DNA from: Candidatus Hydrogenedentota bacterium
GTDB taxonomy: Bacteria > Hydrogenedentota > Hydrogenedentia > Hydrogenedentales > JAEUWI01
Length of the DNA: 64,000 nt
Direction: 5' to 3'
NCBI GenBank assembly: GCA_034669905.1
Contig: JAXMOL010000032.1
Location: forward strand, 1-64,000
The notes beneath the pieces are model-generated. The model worked only from the letters and a program-made list of their open reading frames with translations. It was not told the DNA's origin and made no database searches. The position numbers and the translations under genes were made by a program. Every line of letters starts with the position of its first letter. The first letter of the stretch is position 1. Of the stretch, positions 29,061 to 36,088 are shown one piece after another.

Positions 29061-29106
29061 AAAAAACAAAAAGGCCCAACGAGTCAACCGTTAACTCGTT
29101 GGGCCT
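29061..29106 (-). terminator. Intrinsic terminator (displaced original tRNA terminator; may also act on the + strand)
   Basis: AGGCCCAACGAGT-loop-ACTCGTTGGGCCT 13-bp stem preceded by an A-tract on +. Confidence 0.75.
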
Positions 29107-29110
29107 GAAT

Positions 29111-29166
29111 TACTTAAATGGCGCGCCCGACAGGATTCGAACCTGTGGCCTCTTGCTCCGGAGGCA
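29111..29166. repeat. att site: 56-bp direct repeat containing the 3' part of tRNA-Arg(CCG)
   Basis: Identical to 35794-35849. Confidence 0.95.
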
Positions 29167-29362
29167 GACCTGATAGCCCCTCAGATTCCGCATCCACTCT
29201 ATAGATATGGAAAGTAGTGACTGCTGGCTAAAGAAGCATTGCACCAAGACTCAATAAGTAGTATAAACTTCTGGGATATTGTTGCAAAATTGTTGCAGCG
29301 CTATCAAGACAATATGATCTCTACCCACAAGAGAATACGTGTCTGACGCTCAATTGCACATC

Positions 29363-29391
29363 TTGATAGACTATTTGAAACTCCGTATACT
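29363..29391 (+). promoter_or_regulatory. Sigma70 promoter of the cargo cassette
   Basis: TTGATA-17 bp-TATACT. Confidence 0.6.
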
Positions 29392-29456
29392 TACCAACTT
29401 AAAACCATCTATTCAACTCCATGAAATCGGTATGAAAATTTGAGGGGTACCTGGCC

Positions 29457-30194
29457 TTGTTCGATTACATCATGAGCCACCAATTTGCGTACTATGCATC
29501 CGGCACTCATTTGGACCCGGAGCCCAAAATTATAAGCGAGCTCCTTAACGCGTTTTCCGGTAAAGACTTAATCCCAACGACAGTAACAGCATTTCTGGTG
29601 GATACCACTGTAAAATCGAAATCAGAACTACATTTTGTTAGTTCAAATGGTGATTTGCGCCTCGCTTTCGAAGCGAAACGTATCATGCTACGAAGACAAT
29701 GTACTTCGGAACGGGACGCAGGAAACTCCGAAGACTTCTCCAGGGAAACCTGTGACTTGTTCTCTAGCCTTTTAGAGACCTTGCCAATTCCAGGCCACCG
29801 ACTAGCATACGTGGTTAATGGTCTCTTCCCCGAGTTTTCCGAAGACCAACTGTTGCATGCACGTCAAGAATTCCTGAACGACCTAGATTTCTATAAAGAC
29901 TTTCCACCAAGCCGCTGGGAAACAAAAACGGTTACGAGGGTTGATAGGACTTTCGGTCAAAAGAGCGAAAAGATGAACGTACTAACAGACATCAATCGCT
30001 CCCAAGGGGAATTCTTAGGTGCCGCAGAGCACGGACTCCAATTCGACAGAATTCAGTCCGAGATTGACATCAACACAACACAACATAATGAGATTGCCCG
30101 ATTTGGTACTACAGATGTCGAACCATTCTTAAACGAAGCAATGACGCTAGCCACGGAACTAGAGACGCAAGTAGGTAGGCTACTCAATGTCTAA
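29457..30194 (+). CDS. Hypothetical protein, TIGR04255-like (cargo gene 1)
   Basis: RLAYVVN and EIDINT motifs recalled for this family; start is TTG 29457 or ATG 29472. Confidence 0.6.
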   Translation: MFDYIMSHQFAYYASGTHLDPEPKIISELLNAFSGKDLIPTTVTAFLVDTTVKSKSELHFVSSNGDLRLAFEAKRIMLRRQCTSERDAGNSEDFSRETCDLFSSLLETLPIPGHRLAYVVNGLFPEFSEDQLLHARQEFLNDLDFYKDFPPSRWETKTVTRVDRTFGQKSEKMNVLTDINRSQGEFLGAAEHGLQFDRIQSEIDINTTQHNEIARFGTTDVEPFLNEAMTLATELETQVGRLLNV

Positions 30195-30948
30195 AAAATT
30201 CTCGCATCCAAATTTGGACTACTTCAATCAAGCGCTAGCAACATACGTCGAGAGCGGTCACTTATTTCTCGACGAAACTTCGGATACAGTCGATCCTGGA
30301 AGTCTCCTCAAGTTCAAATTCAGAGAGCGATTCGAAAACCTTGAAACAAACTCCTTCAGACATTTCTTTGATGCTACCTCAGAGCCACTACATTTAGATG
30401 ATGAGACTCAGTCGTTCTCGGAATATCATGATAAGAAGGCACTGCTTGCTGAGGCAGCAACCTCACAATCAGAAATTCGTCTAGAGTTTCTAAAGCAGCT
30501 TGAGCACCTGATAAGAAAGTCGGAATTCGAATTTGGCTTCAACACTCCTGCTGATGACTATGTAAGAAATGCTCTAAAAACATACGGCGTATTCCCCCGA
30601 GCCTGGTTAAACGAACTCTTCTTAAGATTATTTAACAAGCCCTCTGAACTCAGCGGACTTCTCAGGGTAATAGCGCACTTCGAGTACCATGAAATTAGCC
30701 CAGAAGGCCCGACAATGGCTGTCGCTGCTCTTTCCCACAAAGACCCAGACATTCGCGAATGTGGCATACGCTGTTTCGAGAACTGGGAAAACGCGTCGTC
30801 TATTGATGTACTCGAAAATCTTATGATTCCTGAGCCTTGGCTTCGGGAGTATTTGTCGGACGTTATATCGGATTTAAAGGGGCTCACTGAGAATGTCACT
30901 ACTGATCAGAAAAATTCAACTCAGCAAATGGATGCAGAACGATATTAA
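30187..30948 (+). CDS. Hypothetical protein with C-terminal HEAT-like repeats (cargo gene 2)
   Basis: AVAALSHKDPDIRECGIRCFENW; overlaps genes 1 and 3. Confidence 0.7.
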   Translation: MSKKFSHPNLDYFNQALATYVESGHLFLDETSDTVDPGSLLKFKFRERFENLETNSFRHFFDATSEPLHLDDETQSFSEYHDKKALLAEAATSQSEIRLEFLKQLEHLIRKSEFEFGFNTPADDYVRNALKTYGVFPRAWLNELFLRLFNKPSELSGLLRVIAHFEYHEISPEGPTMAVAALSHKDPDIRECGIRCFENWENASSIDVLENLMIPEPWLREYLSDVISDLKGLTENVTTDQKNSTQQMDAERY

Positions 30949-31390
30949 GAGAGGTGCCCCTCCTTCCGCAGATGCTATTACGCACTGCACGAAGACTCAA
31001 TATAACACCCTTTCCGTTTGGTCAATCAACGCCGATCACGACTTGACGGATGCCGTTTTGGCGATAGCCACTGGTGCACATCATCTCGAGACATTCGACG
31101 TGGTAAAATTAAACCGAAATTCGCTAGAGCAAGGGGGGCTTTCCATAGAAAACGTGCCTGGGGAGACTGCATATCACGATTTTATCCAGAAGCACTACGA
31201 CATTCAGAAGCTTGATATCCGCTCTTTAACTCTCTTATCTGAGGAAATAGTACGAGCAATTAGAGATGAACAATGTATCCGCTACACCAAAGGAGCGTTG
31301 AAAAAACTTCTGCGTGCGGGAATTGACGAAGGTAAGATTTCGTGTGATGATTTGGCACCTGACGTCAAAAAAATTTTTGTCGAGAGCTAG
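30893..31390 (+). CDS. Hypothetical protein, possible ADP-ribosyltransferase-fold toxin (cargo gene 3)
   Basis: N-terminal IRK, NTLSVW and HYDI motifs resemble the R-S-H layout of ART-like toxins (by eye). Confidence 0.55.
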   Translation: MSLLIRKIQLSKWMQNDIKRGAPPSADAITHCTKTQYNTLSVWSINADHDLTDAVLAIATGAHHLETFDVVKLNRNSLEQGGLSIENVPGETAYHDFIQKHYDIQKLDIRSLTLLSEEIVRAIRDEQCIRYTKGALKKLLRAGIDEGKISCDDLAPDVKKIFVES

Positions 31391-31419
31391 AGGCAATATT
31401 CTTTTACACGTCTACCCGC

Positions 31420-31740
31420 TTACGTCCTTCCACGCACCAACGCTTCTTGTCGATTCAAGTCCAGTTGTCCCTCTACGTACCCGTCAAGGTCAACCCGACG
31501 AAATAACACCTTCGACTTTCGCTCTTCGCCCAATTTCGCCCGCCTAATCTGCCCAGACTCCGACAGACTGTCGAGCATTCGAGGCGACATACGCAAGTAC
31601 TCCGCGGCTTCTTCCCGCGTAAAATAGTTGGGCTGGGGAGGAACTCTACTATTCGTCGCGATTCGCATAAACTGCTCTTCAAGAACTTCTCGAAGCCGGT
31701 CTATGGACGCGGCCACTTCTTCTGGCACCACAACTTCCAT
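31420..31740 (-). CDS. Excisionase-type winged-helix DNA-binding protein
   Basis: YFTREEAAEYLRMSPRML....GQI...K.G...VLFRRVDLDGY; GGAGG SD. Confidence 0.85.
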   Translation of the reverse strand: MEVVVPEEVAASIDRLREVLEEQFMRIATNSRVPPQPNYFTREEAAEYLRMSPRMLDSLSESGQIRRAKLGEERKSKVLFRRVDLDGYVEGQLDLNRQEALVRGRT

Positions 31741-31754
31741 CTCGATTGCCTCCC

Positions 31755-31961
31755 TCAGAATTTCACGATATTGGCTTTGACCTGGCGGTGCTGGTCAATT
31801 AACTTCTTCACCCAATGTCGAAGGAGCTCGTCGACATCAACGCCCTTGTCCTTCGCGATAATGCCGAGTTTGGTTCGGTCCCAACTAGACACCGGCACGG
31901 AGACATGTTGATTCGTCGCGTGAAGCGATACCTTCTTGTACTGCGCCTTCGCCTTAGCCAT
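31755..31961 (-). CDS. Small basic protein, possible ribbon-helix-helix
   Basis: 68 aa; VSVPVS..DRTKL..IA..KG....ELLR..V; overlaps the rep stop. Confidence 0.6.
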   Translation of the reverse strand: MAKAKAQYKKVSLHATNQHVSVPVSSWDRTKLGIIAKDKGVDVDELLRHWVKKLIDQHRQVKANIVKF

Positions 31962-33336
31962 GGGCCTGTGCTCCCTTCCAGCGTGCCACTACGCCCCAAT
32001 CCTCGCCTTCGTCCACCCAGGGCTCTTCGCACGTCGCTATGAAGCTGTTCGGAAGCACTGCGCCGCCGTAGCTCACAACCCGTTGTGCGGCTTTCTTGGT
32101 GAACTTCTCACGAAACCCACTATCCCCCATGGAATCGATACCCCACTCAAGGACCTCTTGGGCGTGCACGCGAAATTCCTCCCGTGTCATGTGCAACTCT
32201 TGAGTCAGGTCAGCGACGGCGGCCAATATGCAACCGCTTGCCTGTTTGACCAATCGGATTGGATCTTTACACATCCCTCGTTGCTTGCGCTCGACCGACT
32301 CCCGGGGCTTTTTCATCCATGACCGGAAAGCCTCTTGCACCGCAACCCATTCGGGCGCCGTCGATTGACGGGTCTGGTGATTGTTCTTCCGGTCTGGTTC
32401 CTCCTTAACGATACGAAACCAATCGCCGGTCAAATACGCAGCAAGGGCGGCACCCTTCGCGTAGAAGTCGCCCATGGTGTTGATACCAAGTTCTTTCAAG
32501 GCAGGTCGCCGCAACTGATATTCAACGCGCATGGCGTGGTCTGGACTTTTGCCCCAGCGCTTTTCAATCAAGTATTTCTCTTTCTCCAAATCGGGGTGGC
32601 CGTGTCGAACCTCATGCAGCTTGTCATAGATGCGCAGCATAATGTCCCCTTTCCCAACCGTCACCCCGGTCAGCTTGGAGCCATCCTCGTGGTAGTCTTT
32701 CTTCGTTGCTCGGGTAACACACTTTTTCTCCCAGACCATGCGTGCCAGGTCGGCAGTATCAATACCAGGCAAATCAGCGCAAATATCCAAGCGGCTGAAT
32801 TTGTGCCAGAAGATGCGCCCGCCCAGGGCCTCTACGATGTTTCGGACGGTCGCCCAGGCACCATCAATACCATTGAGCATTAGAAAGAGTGAGCCGCATT
32901 CAACCATGACATTCGCATTCTGCTGGGCTTCGTCCGCCGTCGCCCCTTTCGTGAGCTTGAGTGTGATTCCACCACGCTTGAGGAAATAGGAATAGTAGAT
33001 TCCTTTACCGCCTCCTGTGCCCTTCCCGCCTCCAGCGATGGCGAATACATGACCATTGATGGGGATGGTAATATCATGATGCTTTTCCTGGGCCTGCAAT
33101 TTGCCAGAATCGAGAGCATGAAGAAGGTCCTCGAAGGGGAACTCATAGTCCCAGGTAACCCCAAGATTCCAGACCACCGAATCCACCCCGCCGCTCTCGA
33201 GTGGGTTGATTTGGCTATTTTGCAGGTGGGTGTTACTCGAACCAACCACCTGCACTTCTACACTGTCAGACTCGGCCAACAAGGCGGTCAGACCTTCACC
33301 ATAGGGTTGTTTCTGTGTTATAGTCTCACCAGACAT
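31954..33336 (-). CDS. Rep_trans-family rolling-circle initiator / MOBT-type relaxase
   Basis: SRLDICAD, LRIYDK, RVEYQLRR motifs; AAAGGAGG SD. Confidence 0.82.
   Translation of the reverse strand: MSGETITQKQPYGEGLTALLAESDSVEVQVVGSSNTHLQNSQINPLESGGVDSVVWNLGVTWDYEFPFEDLLHALDSGKLQAQEKHHDITIPINGHVFAIAGGGKGTGGGKGIYYSYFLKRGGITLKLTKGATADEAQQNANVMVECGSLFLMLNGIDGAWATVRNIVEALGGRIFWHKFSRLDICADLPGIDTADLARMVWEKKCVTRATKKDYHEDGSKLTGVTVGKGDIMLRIYDKLHEVRHGHPDLEKEKYLIEKRWGKSPDHAMRVEYQLRRPALKELGINTMGDFYAKGAALAAYLTGDWFRIVKEEPDRKNNHQTRQSTAPEWVAVQEAFRSWMKKPRESVERKQRGMCKDPIRLVKQASGCILAAVADLTQELHMTREEFRVHAQEVLEWGIDSMGDSGFREKFTKKAAQRVVSYGGAVLPNSFIATCEEPWVDEGEDWGVVARWKGAQAHG
33221..33254 (-). other. Candidate nick-site hairpin (dso/oriT) within the rep 5' end
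   Basis: TGCAGGTGG-[TTGGTTCGAGTAACAC]-CCACCTGCA; 9-bp stem with TAAC in the loop. Confidence 0.6.
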
Positions 33337-33420
33337 TGATTGCCTCCTTTCGTGAGGTTTTCATGTTTTTCTGTGGTCCTGCGTCGCGTCGCCAAACTCA
33401 GCGCAGGGCCATTTTTTAGC

Positions 33421-33672
33421 TTACGCGTCGGGTTCCTCGCTAGCGGGGAACCAGCCGATATCCTCGCGGAACACCCCACGAGCAACACATTGCAATCCTT
33501 GCCATATCTCATAGCTTGTGCAATCCCTTTCCTCTGCACCCATAGCTATTCCAAACTCAATTACGGACTGAGTACCAGGATCCTCCCAGTCCCTGCAGGC
33601 CTCCTCATCGAGTTTCACAACGAATTTTCGTATACCCTTGCTATCGACTGATACAGACATTTCGTCATTCAC
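33421..33672 (-). CDS. Small acidic hypothetical protein (83 aa)
   Basis: GAGGAG SD upstream; co-oriented with the element backbone. Confidence 0.5.
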   Translation of the reverse strand: MNDEMSVSVDSKGIRKFVVKLDEEACRDWEDPGTQSVIEFGIAMGAEERDCTSYEIWQGLQCVARGVFREDIGWFPASEEPDA

Positions 33673-33781
33673 AACGTCTTTCTCCTCTGAAACTCACCAA
33701 CAAAGACGAGGGGCGCGCCCTCTTATCATCGTCTGCGCTCGTTCCTGTGCCTTCTTCACTTTGCCATCGTGCTCTGCAGTA

Positions 33782-33962
33782 TCAAGGCTTCCCTCGCTTC
33801 GCTCGGCGCTGCGCGGCCTTGACACTGCCTGCGCGCGTTGGCTGCAGGAAGGCACGACGGAACGGCTCCGACGAAGACAAGAGGGCTCAACAGGCACCCC
33901 ATACCAAAGACACTGCCTCCGGTGGAGCGCGAAGCGCCCAGGAGGTCGCTCCGCGACTCCTA
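33782..33962. other. Hairpin-rich candidate single-strand origin
   Basis: TCAAGGC...GCCTTGA stem enclosing CGCTTCGCTC; GCGC-GAA-GCGC; GGAGGTCGC-TCC-GCGACTCC. Confidence 0.45.
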
Positions 33963-34157
33963 GGCGCATTCCCGCTCCTCTACCGAGGACCCAAGAATTC
34001 CTTTTGATACAGACACCGCCTCGCGGAGCAACCGTCTTACGTTGACCCCGACTTCTTGAGCCGTCTTCGCATCAACATCACCCGAGGCTCTTTCTAGCCA
34101 GGGTTGCAATTCTTCAATGACCCCGGTTATGTGACGGACCCTATCATTGACTTTCAT
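33960..34157 (-). CDS. Small helical hypothetical protein (65 aa)
   Basis: Strong AAAGGAGG SD. Confidence 0.6.
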   Translation of the reverse strand: MKVNDRVRHITGVIEELQPWLERASGDVDAKTAQEVGVNVRRLLREAVSVSKGILGSSVEERECA

Positions 34158-34177
34158 AATGCCTCCTTTCCTCAGTT

Positions 34178-34510
34178 CTAGGCCTTTTCAAGACTCTCGT
34201 TATCATCACTTATGCTCTCAGCCTTCCGACTGCGCTTTCGGGTAAAACGCGTCGGTGGCTCTTCATCCTCAAGTCGCTTAATTGGGAGCTTGCTTATTAC
34301 ACCTCGTACCTTGTCCGGGTCAGCTCCAAACATTTCAATCAATGACTCTACTTGGTCAACATCCTGCCATAGCGCAATCAAACTCCGTTGCACGACGAGT
34401 GACCGATTTAGTCCGACCGTGTCCGCGAAATTATCCAGCGCCTCTACGTAGTTCACCGGAAGTGAAATGCTCACGCTCACTTTTTCAACGATCTTGTCTC
34501 TCTTAGTCAT
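34178..34510 (-). CDS. Ribbon-helix-helix (CopG-like) regulator
   Basis: VSISLP...VEALD......GLNRSLVV; AGGAGG SD. Confidence 0.78.
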   Translation of the reverse strand: MTKRDKIVEKVSVSISLPVNYVEALDNFADTVGLNRSLVVQRSLIALWQDVDQVESLIEMFGADPDKVRGVISKLPIKRLEDEEPPTRFTRKRSRKAESISDDNESLEKA

Positions 34511-34594
34511 ATTGACCTCCTAAACGCGACTGGTCTTTTCGGTTTTTGTATCGCCTCTCGGCTTTCTGTTTTGGATTGCCAGTTCGCTTAGGCA

Positions 34595-34623
34595 ATTATC
34601 GTATATTTTTAAAAAATATGCAA
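34595..34623 (-). promoter_or_regulatory. Sigma70 promoter of the element backbone with a palindromic spacer
   Basis: TTGCAT-17 bp-GATAAT on -; ATATTTTT-A-AAAAATAT inverted repeat at 34603-34619. Confidence 0.6.
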
Positions 34624-34638
34624 TAAGTTTATTCGAGA

Positions 34639-35694
34639 CTATCCGAATCTATCTATGTCCTCGTCGTACTCCTGCAGCCCCGCATAGTGCTTGGCGGTCA
34701 CATCAACCGAGCTATGGCCCATCCATTTGGAAATCTTGTAAATGCTCGTTCCCGCAATCGCGTGTTGGCTCCCGAAAGTATGCCGCATCAGCTGGAAGGT
34801 CGCCCGGGGAACGCCGGCAGTCTTCGCAATGGTCGCGAAGCTCTTGCGAGGGTCATAGCGATACCGATACTTCCCCTCATTCGGACGTGAGCTGGTCAAC
34901 AAGTACCCTTCTCCCCCGTCCTGTTCTCCCAATACTTCATGTATCCGTGAACTCAAGGGGACCGAACGTTCCTCGCTGTCCTTTATTTCGAAGCCATTGC
35001 TATTGCGGACTCGCAGGAGTTTGTTTTCGAAGTCGAACCACTCCCAACGCGCACAGACGATTTCCTTCTTTCGGAGGCCGCAATAGATGCCTAGCAGGCA
35101 TACCCAGTGCAACTGACGACTGTGTTCTTCCGCCGCGAGAAGCAGCTTCCCGATTTCATCTTGACTGAGAAAATCCGGCGTGCTCTTTGGAATCTTGAAC
35201 CGAGCGACGTTTAGCACAGGATTCGTGCCGTTGAAAAGCCCGAGTTTCAGGGCGTGATTGTAAATGGCCTGTAGGTGCCTGAGCGCATCATTAATTGATT
35301 CATCCGCCAGCGGCCTCCCACGCATTCCCTTGCGTTTTAATATAGACTTGAATCGCTCGATATCCCGTGGCCGAACATCGCCCAATCGCTTCGCACCAGT
35401 GAACTCCAACAATTGACGCCAGTAGTTCTTTTCAATCGCGATGGTGGATTCTCGCTTGTGCTGTTCTGCCCAGGCGAAGTACTCACGCTCGAATTCTTCC
35501 ACTTCTGGATTACGTGACTCCCGGAGAAAACTCCCTGTATCACGCCGGTATTCGGCGATGCGTTCCTGACGGACGAACTCCGCATCCCGCTTCCTTTCGA
35601 CGCCTAAGGATTCCCATTCTGTCCGCTTGTCCAGGCGGTACTTCCACCACCAGACCCGGCCACGCTTGATTAGTGTTCCGTTCGTTATCCCCAT
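34639..35694 (-). CDS. int: Tyrosine recombinase/integrase
   Basis: GLRKKE (R), MRHTFGS (R), MGHSS (H), TAKHY (Y); N-terminal arm-binding-like RGRVWWWKY. Confidence 0.95.
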   Translation of the reverse strand: MGITNGTLIKRGRVWWWKYRLDKRTEWESLGVERKRDAEFVRQERIAEYRRDTGSFLRESRNPEVEEFEREYFAWAEQHKRESTIAIEKNYWRQLLEFTGAKRLGDVRPRDIERFKSILKRKGMRGRPLADESINDALRHLQAIYNHALKLGLFNGTNPVLNVARFKIPKSTPDFLSQDEIGKLLLAAEEHSRQLHWVCLLGIYCGLRKKEIVCARWEWFDFENKLLRVRNSNGFEIKDSEERSVPLSSRIHEVLGEQDGGEGYLLTSSRPNEGKYRYRYDPRKSFATIAKTAGVPRATFQLMRHTFGSQHAIAGTSIYKISKWMGHSSVDVTAKHYAGLQEYDEDIDRFG

Positions 35695-35748
35695 CGCTCT
35701 ACGGCCTCACCGGTTGTCGCAAAATGGTTGCAATTTTCGCCAAAAACA

Positions 35749-35789
35749 CAAAAAAGGCCCAACGAGTTATGTACTAACTCGTTGAGCCT
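35749..35789 (-). terminator. Element-encoded terminator for the intact tRNA
   Basis: AGGCCCAACGAGTTA-loop-TAACTCGTTGAGCCT with an A-tract on +; diverged copy of 29061-29106. Confidence 0.75.
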
Positions 35790-35801
35790 GAAATACTTAA
35801 A

Positions 35802-35878
35802 TGGCGCGCCCGACAGGATTCGAACCTGTGGCCTCTTGCTCCGGAGGCAAGCGCTCTATCCAGCTGAGCTACGGGCGC
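35802..35878 (-). tRNA. tRNA-Arg(CCG)
   Basis: GCGCCCGTAGCTCAGCTGGATAGAGCGCTTGCCT-CCG-GAGCAAGAGGCCACAGGTTCGAATCCTGTCGGGCGCGCCA; cloverleaf with encoded CCA. Confidence 0.97.
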
Positions 35879-36088
35879 CAAAGGGAGCCGTATAGTAGCA
35901 TGGTGAATGGGAGCGTGTCTACTTTCCGTGGGGTCTTTTCGCGTTGCCCGGTGTTCGAGTGCGACTTGGCGGATGAACACACCTTCCGCGGTGGCCGTGG
36001 CGTCGGGAAGGTAGGGGACACGAATCACCGGCGCCCATCGGGCCTTTTCCGGAGGCTGACGAACACGCCGGGGCGTTCGCCGTTACTT

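Larger units (their letters stand above)
29111..35849. mobile_element. 6.7-kb integrative element in tRNA-Arg(CCG) (tyrosine integrase, excisionase, Rep_trans initiator/relaxase, cargo cassette)
   Basis: Flanking att repeats 6683 bp apart, integrase next to the intact tRNA, lower GC than the flanks. Confidence 0.93.

Noticed and set aside
29119..29166. Second tRNA-Arg gene
   Set aside because: Only the 3' 48 nt are present; no D-arm or 5' acceptor strand. It is the att duplication.
29111..35849. Prophage or inovirus
   Set aside because: No capsid, terminase, Zot/pI-like ATPase or small TM coat genes recognised.
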